A model generated the notes under the pieces. That model was not told where the DNA came from. It saw only the letters and a list, made by a program, of their open reading frames with translations, and made no database searches. DNA of 63,988 nucleotides, the filler included, from Octopus bimaculoides (taxonomy: Eukaryota): assembly GCF_001194135.2 (NCBI RefSeq). It is 7 parts of 5 records of this genome, joined end to end, with 100 filler letters (N's around TTAATTAATTAA, not from the genome) between each part and the next. Parts side by side here need not be neighbours in the genome. Positions count along the whole stretch, not along the records: positions 1 to 22,726 come from NC_068981.1; positions 22,827 to 29,416 come from NC_068986.1; 5 more parts are not named here. One strand, written 5' to 3'. A program made the position numbers and the translations under genes. Numbering within the stretch: position 1 is the first letter of the stretch; every line of letters begins with the position of its first letter. This document shows, one piece after another, positions 13,940 through 25,730 of this stretch.

Positions 13940-14075
13940 GGGCATGGCTGTGTGATAAGTTTGCTTTCAAGCCACATGGTTCCAGGTTCAGTCCCACTGT
14001 GTAGCACCTTGGGCAAGTGTCTTCTACTATAGTCTTGTGAGTGAATTTGGCAGATGGAAACTAGAAGAAGGCCAT
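13940..14075 (+). mobile_element. SINE family A head fragment
   Basis: Matches 2768-2930. Confidence 0.8.
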
Positions 14076-14180
14076 AATATAAGGATGTAAACAAACCAAC
14101 GTTAATTATCAAACAGTGGTGAGAGAGAAACACAAATGCAAAAGCATACCTACCCATAATAAATACATATATGTGTATGT

Positions 14181-14239
<59 letters not shown>

Positions 14240-14914
14240 NNNNNNNNNNNNNNNNNNNNNNNNNNNNNNNNNNNNNNNNNNNNNNNNNNNNNNNNNNNNN
14301 NNNNNNNNNNNNNNNNNNNNNNNNNNNNNNNNNNNNNNNNNNNNNNNNNNNNNNNNNNNNNNNNNNNNNNNNNNNNNNNNNNNNNNNNNNNNNNNNNNNN
14401 NNNNNNNNNNNNNNNNNNNNNNNNNNNNNNNNNNNNNNNNNNNNNNNNNNNNNNNNNNNNNNNNNNNNNNNNNNNNNNNNNNNNNNNNNNNNNNNNNNNN
14501 NNNNNNNNNNNNNNNNNNNNNNNNNNNNNNNNNNNNNNNNNNNNNNNNNNNNNNNNNNNNNNNNNNNNNNNNNNNNNNNNNNNNNNNNNNNNNNNNNNNN
14601 NNNNNNNNNNNNNNNNNNNNNNNNNNNNNNNNNNNNNNNNNNNNNNNNNNNNNNNNNNNNNNNNNNNNNNNNNNNNNNNNNNNNNNNNNNNNNNNNNNNN
14701 NNNNNNNNNNNNNNNNNNNNNNNNNNNNNNNNNNNNNNNNNNNNNNNNNNNNNNNNNNNNNNNNNNNNNNNNNNNNNNNNNNNNNNNNNNNNNNNNNNNN
14801 NNNNNNNNNNNNNNNNNNNNNNNNNNNNNNNNNNNNNNNNNNNNNNNNNNNNNNNNNNNNNNNNNNNNNNNNNNNNNNNNNNNNNNNNNNNNNNNNNNNN
14901 NNNNNNNNNNNNNN

Positions 14915-15238
14915 AAACAAAGGGAGGAAGTACGAGGGGGAAAAGAGATACGTAGTAGTAACAGAGGAAGAACGAGAGGGGTAAAGCGAGATGCGTAGTA
15001 GTAAAGAGGAAGAACGAGAGGGGGGAAAATGATAGAGAAAGAGAAAGAGATAGAGTAGCGTCGGAAAATATGAAGTTACGAAAACTACTTACAAATTGGA
15101 GATGCTGCGTTCAGTCATGTAAAAACAAATAGTAAATGAGTATATGCGTATATACGTACAGGTATGTGCATACCGACATCCACCCGTATGTATAGGTGCA
15201 TATCTGGGTACAGGACATTGCAAACAAAACGAAGACGA
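14915..15238. repeat. Dispersed repeat family X fragment
   Basis: 14915-15030 matches 61575-61740; 15120-15235 matches 8695-8810. Confidence 0.75.
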
Positions 15239-16030
15239 GGGTGCAGTGAATAAACTGTTGTCTAAACATTTCATTTTAACAAATATGTTTACCAAAATTA
15301 CATAAAAATATCTTGGAATACTAAAGAGTAAATTTATTTGATAAAATCACCATTGGTTTCAACCACGACCTCCAGATGACATCAGAATCTCCTGCGACTC
15401 TTCTAGACAGTCTATTTGTTTAAGTTAGTGAATGCTGCACTAATCCTTGCCTTCAGTTCATCTTTGGTGTTACAAGGAGTTTTGTTGGTATCTCGCACAA
15501 CTGCAATCCTCACATAATAATCAAGGGGGCTGCAGACTGGAGAATTAGGTGGCCAGATGTTAGGAGTGATGTGGTTACAGAAATTTTCTAACAGCTATGA
15601 CTGTGTTCTCCTGCTTGTGTGGCATGGTGCAGAGTCCTGTTGCCAGACATATGGTCTTCCGGCAGTCGACCCTGGGCAGCACTACCTCTTCCAGGCACTT
15701 GATGTAGGCCTCCATGTTAAGTCTGAAGATATGTGGGAAGATAAATGAAGGCATAACGTTACCATCACTAGTGATCACTCCAAACACCATGATTTTGAAC
15801 TGGATGTTTGATTTTTATTACTCTTGGTACATGTCCTCAGATTGCACTGTACCCAAATTGACACTCAAACAGTCTGAAACGTTCATATTGCAGCTTCTGG
15901 CATGAATGCCAAGCAGTACAGCGTGTTGCTTTCAAATTTCTGGAAGAGTGAATTGCATCATGGTGCTGGTTTTCTCACAGACAGTGCCCAACGGGCCCTA
16001 CTATACTCTGTAGTTAACAAAATCAAAACC
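15239..16030 (-). mobile_element. Tc1/mariner DD37D (maT-type) transposon, internally deleted, disrupted transposase
   Basis: MVFGVITSDGNVMPSFIFPH..LNMEAYIKCLEEVVLP, then WQQDSAPCH...WPPNSPVCSPLDYYV. I counted 37 residues between the two Asp positions. A TIR-like end GGTGCAGTGAATAAA lies near 15240. Confidence 0.85.
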
Positions 16031-16055
16031 ACGATATATATGTATGTATGTATGT

Positions 16056-16097
<42 letters not shown>

Positions 16098-16149
16098 AAC
16101 TAGGGCTTCTTTCAGTTTCCACCCATCAAATCCACTCACAAGTCTTTTG

Positions 16150-16188
<39 letters not shown>

Positions 16189-16784
16189 TGTATGGCTGAA
16201 AAGATTGCTTCCAATCATATGATTTTGTGTTCAGTCTTATTGTGTGGTAACTTGGGCAAGTTTTATCTATTAAAGCCCCCGGCCAACAAGAGTTATAATT
16301 GGTTTGAAAATTTAAGTTTACTTCAGCTTTTATTTTACAACATGAATAAATTATAAATATGCTTATGATGATAAACAATAGCACTTAGAGGTACTATATT
16401 ATCTTACTATTGCCTACATGTATACATATATATATTCATGTGCAAATGACCAGCTAAAATCTATTTACAAATATGACTAATGTTCTAAATTTCATATGGG
16501 ATTTACATCTACTAATTCTTTATTGCTCCACTCAGCCTATTAATGCTGTTTTTAGTTATTACTAAGTACTTATCTATACTTTGATATTTTTGCTATGAAA
16601 TATTGTTTTGTATTTATATTATTGTCAGTTTTTATTAGGATATTTGTATACTATTTGAGGCATCACCCATTTGTAAATAGGATACTGTACTTTTTGTGAT
16701 TTTTATGTATTTATGTATTTTTTATGCATTTCCTGTATGTGATCTATCTAAATATTTGTTTGTAGTAATATCTATTCTGAGTTC

Positions 16785-16990
16785 TGAGGTAGCAAACTGG
16801 CAGAATTATTAGCACATTAGGCAAAACGCTTACCAGTATATCATGTCTTTACATTCTGAATTCAAATTCTGCTGAGGTCAACTTTGCCTTTCATCCTTTC
16901 TAGGTTGATAAAATAGGTATCAGTTGGCTACAAGGGTCAATCTAATTGACTTATCTCCACCCTAAAATTACTGGCCTTGAGCCAAAATTT
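16785..16990 (+). mobile_element. tRNA-derived SINE family B
   Basis: Head GGTAGCAAACTGGCAGAATT.., B-box-like GAATTCAAATTC, and core CCTTTCATCCTTTCTAGGTTGATAAAATAGGTATCAG. Homologous to 44020-44225 and 47975-48178. Confidence 0.75.
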
Positions 16991-17236
16991 TAGATCAACA
17001 TTTATACATTGTACTAGTGTTCTGATAATGTTTTCTGTTCTGTTTGTTTTGCTCTATAAATTTGTTATAGCCTATTTCACTCTCTCTATATATATACATA
17101 TATATGCAACATTGTGTCTGGATATGCACTTTACAAGTGATTTTCAGAGTTTAAGATGTGAAGCTATATTCAGTTCTACCATAAGTGATCATCTATTGGA
17201 CATACATAACACGTTCGTAATAGATATGTATATAAG

Positions 17237-17385
17237 CACAGGAGTGGCTGTGTCATAAGAAGCTTTCTACCCAACCACATGGTTCCTGGTTCAGTCCCAT
17301 TGCATGGTACCTTGGGCAAGTGTCTTCTGCTACAGCCTCAGGCCAACCAAAGCCTTGTGAATGGATTTGGTAGACAGAAACTGCT
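17237..17385 (+). mobile_element. SINE family A head
   Basis: Matches 2768-2910; followed by long (TA)n(GA)n. Confidence 0.85.
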
Positions 17386-17386
17386 G

Positions 17387-17517
<131 letters not shown>

Positions 17518-17616
17518 TCAATTCGAGGATGTCAGATCCTCATTAGGGATTGAATAATTTTAAAATTCCACTGTTTAATCACTATCATATCAGGAGAAAG
17601 CCTCAATGATATGTTA

Positions 17617-18231
17617 GAAAGAAAATGGAGAATTATGGATGTATAAATAATTTATTTGTATGATATAATGAGGTTGAAAGGTTTTTATAAAAGACAATAT
17701 AAATAAATTATAAATTATAAAGCTCTAAAAGATATGGAAGATGCTACACACTTTCATATATGTTTTGATTTATGCTCACAGGTGATTCATAATTCTAAGT
17801 ATTTGAATAATGTCATATGCTAATAATTGATCATCACTTTCAACAGTATGGAGCAGAATCACGTCAAGGCTTTATGAGCTTATACAACAAATGTCAACAT
17901 ATTTCTTGAAAGGATGAAGAGTAATTTGCCTGCAACCTTTCAAGAGAAATGTCAACTTTTGTTGTATAAGCTCATAAAACCCTGATGAGATTCTGCCCCA
18001 TATAGTTGAAAGTGATGACCAATTATTAGCATATGACCCTACCCAAATGCTTAGAATTACAAATCATCTATGGGCATGAATAAAAACATATATGTAGGTG
18101 TTTGGCATCTTCCATTTCTTTTAGAGCTTTATAATTAATATGTTATTTGTATTGTTTATAAAAAACCGTTTCAACCTCATTATATCATACAAATAAATTA
18201 TTTATACATCCCTAATTCTCCATTTTCTTTC
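17617..18231. repeat. Long inverted repeat/foldback, ~297-bp arms (17617-17913 / 17936-18231), 22-nt spacer
   Basis: Arms aligned by eye throughout, e.g. GGATGTATAAATAATTTATTTGTATGATATAATGAGGTTGAAA is present in both orientations. Roughly 85% identity (estimate). Confidence 0.9.
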
Positions 18232-18315
18232 TTTCATTATATATATGTATGATTGATCGCTGACCAAAACATTCAATTTTTTTTCTCCGTGTTTTTCTCC
18301 TTGTTTTCTCCGTAT

Positions 18316-18352
18316 TCTTTCTGTTGAAGAGTGTAGATCGAAACGTTAAAGA
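18316..18352 (+). ncRNA. Minimal type I hammerhead-like motif (variant core CUGUUGA) in a Penelope-like terminal fragment (~18280-18445)
   Basis: TCTTT-CTGTTGA-A-GAGTGTAGATC-GAAA-CG-TT-AAAGA: helix I TCTTT/AAAGA is perfect, stem II is imperfect, and A6 is replaced by U. Confidence 0.45.
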
Positions 18353-18444
18353 CTTTCTCTATTCCCAAGCGTTAAACTAATACATCCTTTTGTTGTTTAC
18401 ACCACCTGTCCTTGTCTGTTGTTGTTTTTTTCGTAAATTCTCCC

Positions 18445-18516
<72 letters not shown>

Positions 18517-18519
18517 ATA

Positions 18520-18730
18520 TTTGTGTGTCTGTGCTTGTCTCCCCACCATTGTTTGAAAACTGATGTTGGTGTGTTGATGTCTCTGTAACTTAGGGATTTA
18601 GCAAAAGAGATTGATACAATAAGTGAAGTGCTAGGCTTGCAAAGAATGGGTCCTGGGGTTGATTTGCTTGACTGAAGGTGGTAATTCAGCATGGCCGCAG
18701 TCAAATGACTGAAACAAGAGAAATGAAAGA
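18520..18730 (+). mobile_element. SINE family A, 3' half
   Basis: Matches 2960-3170. Confidence 0.8.
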
Positions 18731-20244
18731 AATGTGTGTGCGTGCGCATGTGTGTGTGTGTGTCTATTTTGATATAGTAACAGCACTTGGAATTTCCATG
18801 GATTATTACATAGCCTATTTTCACGGTGCTGTTGTTAACAATCTTCCCTGTCAGTAATAACGACCTTTGATTTCCTTCAAACTTTGATGAATCTTTGCTG
18901 CTTACTAAAAGTGCAGCATCGTTTAGTTAATAAATACACTGTAGTTGGGTAATAATTGAAATTAAGTTTAAGTTGTAATATTTATGATATGCTTTATTGA
19001 TAGGGAAAGGTTTCTGTCAAACACTATACCTTTAATATTTTTCTTTTTATGCATAATGGATTAAAATATATACATGATGAAATACTGGGATTTTAAGAGT
19101 ACAATATATAATACATTAATATTGTAATACAAAATATCCTGAACCACTTAAAAGAGCGTTCATTCACAGGAAAGATTCAAAAGAACTTTTGCACATTAAG
19201 GGATATCTAATTTATGCATGTATACCAAAAACTGCATGTTTCACATGTTTTTCAGTGTAGTTTTGAACATTCATTTGTGCATGTTTGTGTGTGTGTGCAT
19301 GTGCGTGTGTGTTTCAGTATTTGCTTTGTGTCTCATGTTGGCAAATATGAAAAGTTATAAAGATAGTTTGATAGATTCACATACATATGGGAATGCTCAC
19401 CACAGCAAGCACACATGAAATTGTTAGTTGTTAATGTATTCATGGTGTAGAGACAACAGTGTTGCTTGTCAGTGGCGGTTGTGGAGGTGATGGCAAGTAC
19501 ATTGGTGTTGATAATAATAAACTGTGGGAAATGCAGAAGGAATGAGAAAGGAAGAAATGTATGAGAGAAAGTGATTCCTAAAAGTACAAAAATGTCACAG
19601 CCTTTTACTTCTTTAGGTGCACTGTACGACGTTAGATTTAAGTCTCCTGAATGGAGAGACATCATTAGCATCAGTGAGCAGATACAAATCAATAACTCTT
19701 CTCATGTAGAGTGTCAGTGACCAAGTCATTAAGGTACAGCAGAAGACATTGATATGCAATAACATAATTAGTATGAAAATAAAAGTAAATATAATGTTTT
19801 TAATAACACAATGTAATCATTTTAATCCCAATACGCAAAAAAATTGCTTACAAAATCATTTGGTGATCAATTGCAACTGAGGTATTACATGCTTGCTTTA
19901 TAAATCAAAAAAAAAATGTATGTGACTTCGTTTATATATTGTGATTAATACAATGTGTTACCAAGAAAATATTGTTTGATGTATATGAACAAATATTTAT
20001 CATTTTTTTATAACATCTGTAGACAAACAGGGGTTACATTAAGTGGAGCATCATCAATAGAAACACTAAAAAATAAAACAAAATTATAAATGAATTGGTG
20101 TAACACAGAAATTATTAATATTCAAATTAAAGGAATGCAGCATTAGAAAAATCTCCAATATCCAAATGAAAAAGTTAAGCGTGTATGTGTGTGTGTGTGT
20201 GTGTGTGTATGCATGTGTGTACAATGTCAGTATGCATGCACGAC

Positions 20245-21040
20245 AGAGTTTAAATGTCTTGCGAGAAAAGTTGGGCAAAAAAGGCAGCAGATGTGGTGAG
20301 CAAGAGAGATGACTGCACTGGTATGATCATGTGATGCAAATGGACGAAGACAGCTGTGTGTAGAAGGGCCAATCTCTAACTGTGGAGGGAGCCTATAGAA
20401 GAGGTAGACCCAGGAAGACATGGGGCGAGAAGATGAAGCATGATCTCTGAATGGTGGACCTCATGGAGGCAATGACAAGTAACTGAGACCTTTGGTGATA
20501 TACCATGCTTAAGACCCATCAAGCCAAGTGAAATCACAGTTATGGCTGATGCCATTGTCGTGTAACTGGCACTCAAGCTGGTGGCACGTGAAAAGTACCC
20601 TTCTAATGTTGGGTGAGATATTGTGCTTCAGAACACCCATCAAGCCAAGTGAAATCATAGTCGTGGCTGATGCCAGTGTCACATATCTGGAACCTGTGCC
20701 AGTAGCATGTAAAAAATATCTTTTGAACTTTGGGATTCACAGAGACTGACAAGTGACCAAGATCTTTGGTAATACGCTGTGCTTGAGAAGACCTGTCAAG
20801 CCAAGTGAGACTGTAGATGTGGCCAATGCTGGTGTTCCATAACTGGCACCCATGCCAGTGGCACATAAAATGCACCCACTGCACTCTTGAAGTGGTTGGT
20901 GTTAGGAAGGGCATCCAGCCGTAGAAACCATGCCAAATCAGACTGAAACCTGGTGCAGCTCCCCAGCTTACCAATTTTCAATCAAACTGTCCAACCAATG
21001 CCAGCATGGAAAATGGACGTTCAATTATGATGATGATGAT
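20245..21040 (+). mobile_element. RTE-clade LINE 3' end with tandemly duplicated 3' UTR segments
   Basis: LREKLG..R*LHWYDHVMQMDEDSCV*KGQSLTVEGAYRRGRPRKTWGEKMKHDL is a typical RTE C-terminus. CAAGCCAAGTGA is repeated at ~20520, 20640 and 20797. It ends ...GCATGGAAAATGGACGTT..(GAT)n. Confidence 0.85.
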
Positions 21041-21049
21041 ATATACACA

Positions 21050-21435
21050 TATAGCTGTGTGGTAAGAAATATTGCTTCCTAACCTCATGGTTCCGGATTC
21101 AGTCCCACTACATGACACCTTGAGCAAATGCCTTCTACTATACTGCTCAGTCATCCAATATGTATGTTGTGAGTGTATAATTTGGTAAACAGAAACTGAA
21201 TGAAGCCTGTTGTGTATGTGTGTATTTGTGTATGTGTTTGTCCAATATCACCACTTGACAACTGGAGTTGGCTTGTTTATATTCCTACAACTTAACAGTT
21301 CAGCAAAAGAGGCCAATAGACTAAGTACTAGGCTTAAAAATAAGCATTGAAGTTGATTTGTTCAACTAAACCCATGAAGGCGATGCACCAGAATGGTTGC
21401 AATCCAATGACTGAAAAGATAAAAATAAAAGATAA
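21050..21435 (+). mobile_element. SINE family A, old diverged copy
   Basis: Head, TG tract and 3' end are all recognisable against 2768-3177. Confidence 0.75.
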
Positions 21436-21454
21436 CAAAGATAGCTGCAGTGAT

Positions 21455-22110
21455 CTATGGATATGTTGGACAATACCATGGAGTTTCTCTAGTATACAAA
21501 AAAGCTATGGGCATGATACAAGGAATAAGGAAGGATCAAGACTTCTAGAATTCTGTGATTCAAATAACCCAACCATTTGCAATACAGATTCAAGAAACTA
21601 ACAAACCACTTGATCACCTACTAATATGGATTTTATTGTCACCAGAAAATGAGTTAAGCAGTTCATTGTATATGCCAAGACTTTACCCCTTGAAAAATGT
21701 ACTACTCAGCATAAATTAGCAATTAATGGCTTAAGAATTAAACCTAGGTTGACTCAGAAACAAAAGATAATTTGGAGAAAGGAGACATGAAAGTTTAAAT
21801 AACTTTCAGTAAGTTGTAGATTCAGAGAATTTCTTCTCGATGCTTATAAGAGAAAGGATGATGAAAACTGGAAATTCCTTCAAGACAATCAGCTGAAAAC
21901 TATCAACTAAATCTATGGCAGTGCACAAGGAGGTAGATGGAGTTGTTATAGCAGTGACAGGTTTGGAAAGACTTAAGGAAAGAGGCAGCAAAGAGCAATA
22001 ACAAGTTCTTAGAAAAGCAGCTAGGCATCAAGTATATTTAGCTATGGCAAGAGCAGAATAGAAAAAGGTTTGCACATGTTTAGATTTGTATTTTTCACAT
22101 TTATTGCATA
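21455..22110 (+). mobile_element. RTE LINE fragment: APE endonuclease C-terminus and linker, degraded
   Basis: RNKEGSRLLEFCDSNNPTICNT, HLITY, DFIVTRK, TQHKL, then WKFLQDN and ARHQVYLA. Many stops and frameshifts. Confidence 0.7.
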
Positions 22111-22826
22111 TAAATTTATTATTTTTGCAATGGACCCAACAATTTCTAATAATACACCAATGTGCTATAATATGCAGAGTTTGGGAATTACTAGACAGTC
22201 GTATATATAGTATCTGTTGGCATACACTAGAAACTTGTATATTATAAAATTTCTTATTTAAGAAATACATAATTACCAATGAAGTTTTTCTTCATCAATT
22301 ACAGAGCAAAATAACTGATAATTCCTCATTGTTTGGAACAAAGAATTGTATAAAGATAAAAATGTTTTCTGATATTTGCTATAATTACAAGACATTATAT
22401 ATCCTACACAAAGAGGTTTACCATAACAGCCTGAGGTAAACCATATTCTTTCTTTCTCTTTCAAAAAATAAAATACACAAATAAAAGTGTATAAAGTCCA
22501 GGTACTGGAGACAAGTATAAAGAGAAAGAAACAAATAGTATCAAAGGCAGAACAGAAAATTCTCAAAAAAGAAAAAAATTAGAATATATTTGTTTAACCT
22601 TGAGACATTTCCTTTGTTAAATTCAAAAGCACATATAGAAGTGTGCAAACATTCTGCTTCTATACATATTTCTCTTTCTTTCACTTGTATACAATATTTG
22701 CATATATATATATATATATATATATANNNNNNNNNNNNNNNNNNNNNNNNNNNNNNNNNNNNNNNNNNNNTTAATTAATTAANNNNNNNNNNNNNNNNNN
22801 NNNNNNNNNNNNNNNNNNNNNNNNNN

Positions 22827-22867
<41 letters not shown>

Positions 22868-22868
<1 letters not shown>

Positions 22869-22910
22869 CAATCCAGTGAAGGCTTGCAGGTCAAAACTTC
22901 GAAGTCATTG
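22868..22910 (+). ncRNA. Degenerate or variant hammerhead-like motif
   Basis: GCAAT-CCAGTGA-A-GGC(TTGCAG)GTC-AAAA-CTTCGAAG-TC-ATTG: helix topology and a palindromic stem III with a GUC site are present, but four core nucleotides are non-canonical. Confidence 0.3.
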
Positions 22911-24358
22911 TCACCACTATTCTTTAAGTGCTATGATAAACATGCGCTATACAAAAGTATTGAGGAATTCTTCAGTTTAATATAGTCTCTTTATTATAAC
23001 TCTATATAATACGATAATTTTCATACATATATACATATATTTGTGTGGGTGTGCGTGAGTGTGTGTGTGGGGCGTTCTCGCAGGTCACTGCTGGGATATA
23101 TATATTGTGGTTTTAACACGCCATGTCTATGAAGAGATTTTCGGTAGAACAAAACCACCATATCATACCTTTCAACAGTATGTATGTATACTTTAAGTAT
23201 AATACATATAATAGTGATAGAGAAAGAAAGAGAAAGAGCGAATAAAAAATGATTAGTTTTCAGAAATATATTTTCTTTCAAAGAATATAACATCGCCGTA
23301 TTAACAAAGATATCTATCAAATATACGTTCATGCATCAACAATTTGTTATTAACATACAAAAATTTCGTAGGATCATATTATTGATACAAAGCGATTTAA
23401 TCACATAACCTGATTTTGTACATTCTCAACTAACAGACAGGATGAGGCTTGAAATTTCTATTAGTCTCCCCTTTTGTCAATCGTTTACAATTTGTCACTT
23501 TCTTTCTACAAATTTGTATGACATTTTCCTACACACACACACACANNNNNNNNNNNNNNNNNNNNNNNNNNNNNNNNNNNNNNNNNNNNNNNNNNNNNNN
23601 NNNNNNNNNNNNNNNNNNNNNNNNNNNNNNNNNNNNNNNNNNNNNNNNNNNNNNNNNNNNNNNNNNNNNNNNNNNNNNNNNNNNNNNNNNNNNNNNNNNN
23701 NNNNNNNNNNNNNNNNNNNNNNNNNNNNNNNNNNNNNNNNNNNNNNNNNNNNNNNNNNNNNNNNNNNNNNNNNNNNNNNNNNNNNNNNNNNNNNNNNNNN
23801 NNNNNNNNNNNNNNNNNNNNNNNNNNNNNNNNNNNNNNNNNNNNNNNNNNNNNNNNNNNNNNNNNNNNNNNNNNNNNNNNNNNNNNNNNNNNNNNNNNNN
23901 NNNNNNNNNNNNNNNNNNNNNNNNNNNNNNNNNNNNNNNNNNNNNNNNNNNNNNNNNNNNNNNNNNNNNNNNNNNNNNNNNNNNNNNNNNNNNNNNNNNN
24001 NNNNNNNNNNNNNNNNNNNNNNNNNNNNNNNNNNNNNNNNNNNNNNNNNNNNNNNNNNNNNNNNNNNNNNNNNNNNNNNNNNNNNNNNNNNNNNNNNNNN
24101 NNNNNNNNNNNNNNNNNNNNNNNNNNNNNNNNNNNNNNNNNNNNNNNNNNNNNNNNNNNNNNNNNNNNNNNNNNNNNNNNNNNNNNNNNNNTATATATAT
24201 ATATATATATATATGCATATATGTAAGCATGTATGTATGTATGCATGTATGTATGTATGTTTGTATGTATGTATGTATGTATAATCGTTTTCTAATTATA
24301 TAAATCTGTATATTGTTAGCTTGTTGGCTATGTGTATTTATTATGATATATGTTGCAG

Positions 24359-24499
24359 CTCTCAAAGAACCCACAACGTTGAAAGAGAACACTAACATGA
24401 AATACACAAAATTGGAGGGATTGATACCAAATGCTACCTACAGTTTTCGTGTCCATGCTATTAATATCTACGGCGTCGGAGAAAGCAGCCTCCCATCTA
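24359..24499 (+). CDS. Coding exon, C-terminal half of a fibronectin type III domain (cell-adhesion/receptor or muscle-type multi-FN3 protein; gene not identified)
   Basis: Acceptor TGTTGCAG at 24358, donor GTAAGT at 24500, 141 bp, phase 1-1. Peptide LKEPTTLKENTNMKYTKLEGLIPNATYSFRVHAINIYGVGESSLPS carries the FN3 signature L.P.T.Y..RV.A.N..G.G..S. Confidence 0.9.
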
Positions 24500-24723
24500 G
24501 TAAGTTGTGGTATTTCGCTTGTTTTATTAAATGATATTCATAACACTCAAAATACACGAACTTATTTTCGATAGTACACACACATACACATACACTCACA
24601 CGCACGCACACACACACTGAATGATATAGCTATAGAGATTTACATTTAGGTTTATATACACTCTTTGCATGAGTGGGATTGGTGTCCTCATCTTGAGTGC
24701 TGTTTTCAGTAAATTTTCTCAAG

Positions 24724-24785
24724 GTGACCGCGTTACATTAACCAATGCCTTTATAAACTACGCTGTGCCTATAGACAACGACAGA
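24724..24785 (+). CDS. Candidate next small exon of the FN3 gene, (S)DRVTLTNAFINYAVPIDNDR
   Basis: Acceptor TTTTCTCAAG, donor GTGAGT at 24786, open frame, and start phase compatible with the FN3 exon; no homology recognised. Confidence 0.35.
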
Positions 24786-25629
24786 GTGAGTGAATTTTTA
24801 AGGCATATAAACTTATTACTATCTTATATCAGCCCCATACCGATTGGATAATACAATTTTATATTTCTGAGATGAGTTTTCGTATTATATATTTACATTA
24901 GTCGATTAATTGATTTGTGAGTAATAACTTAGCGATGACAATGAGTTGGTAAAATGAAAAGTGCTGTATTTACCCCGGGAGCATTTATTTTCGATAGCTT
25001 TACTACAATAAATTAGAAGCCAGCTATAATTAAACATTATTAATTAACAATCTTCAAGAACTTCCAGGATTTTAAATACTATTTGGGTGGATAGATAGTC
25101 ATACGAGTTAATATATAACTTTGTCACGTGAACGTTTTTGCGCAGTTCAGAATGGTTCTGGTATAGTTTATCTGGAATGATAAATTTCTCTGTTAAGGTA
25201 AATATAGACTCGGAGTATTGAATAAATTTCTAGTTCTAATTCTTTAGGAATGTGAAGGCTTTCATCACTCTGCTTTAATAACAATGGTCAAGTAAGTCTA
25301 AAAAACTGGATAACAATTAAGGTATATAATATATTGGCTGTTCTTTCCGAGGTGTCAGTGTATTTAACAAGTACTAGTTTAGTGTTGTTTACTTTATTAA
25401 CAAGTGAAGGAAAATCATAAGGTAGTGCTTTTATAAGAATTAATTCAGTAAATCTTTTAATTCAGAACACCAGAATACAAAAGAATATTTAGTATGTATG
25501 TACAAAAATAACGTCTTGTTAAGACGAATGACAGTGTGAGATTTTTAGAAGAAAGCAATTACATTTATGGCATCTTCCTTCCTCAATTATATATAGATTA
25601 TTCTTGTCTGCTCCAGATACAATGCCCGA

Positions 25630-25730
25630 AATTTTTGGGCCAGTCGATTAGATCGACCCCAGTACGCAACTGGTACTTAATTTATCGACCCCGAAAGGAT
25701 GAAACACAAAGCCGACCTCGGCGGAATTAT
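25630..25730 (-). mobile_element. SINE family B core fragment
   Basis: TCGACCCCAGTACGCAACTGGTACTTAATTTATCGACCCCGAAAGGATGAAA is the reverse complement of the family B core. Confidence 0.8.

Noticed and set aside
14116-14998. Long ORFs spanning N runs or microsatellites (here and at 23.4, 30.5, 33, 41, 44.3, 48.2 and 61 kb; poly-N/L/K/R/YI peptides)
   Set aside because: Products of X translation and simple repeats; no coding evidence.
22771-22782. TTAATTAATTAA embedded in N runs, also at 29461, 32572, 43148, 56467 and 62816
   Set aside because: An identical 12-mer centred in gaps with stops in all six frames is an assembly spacer, not biology.
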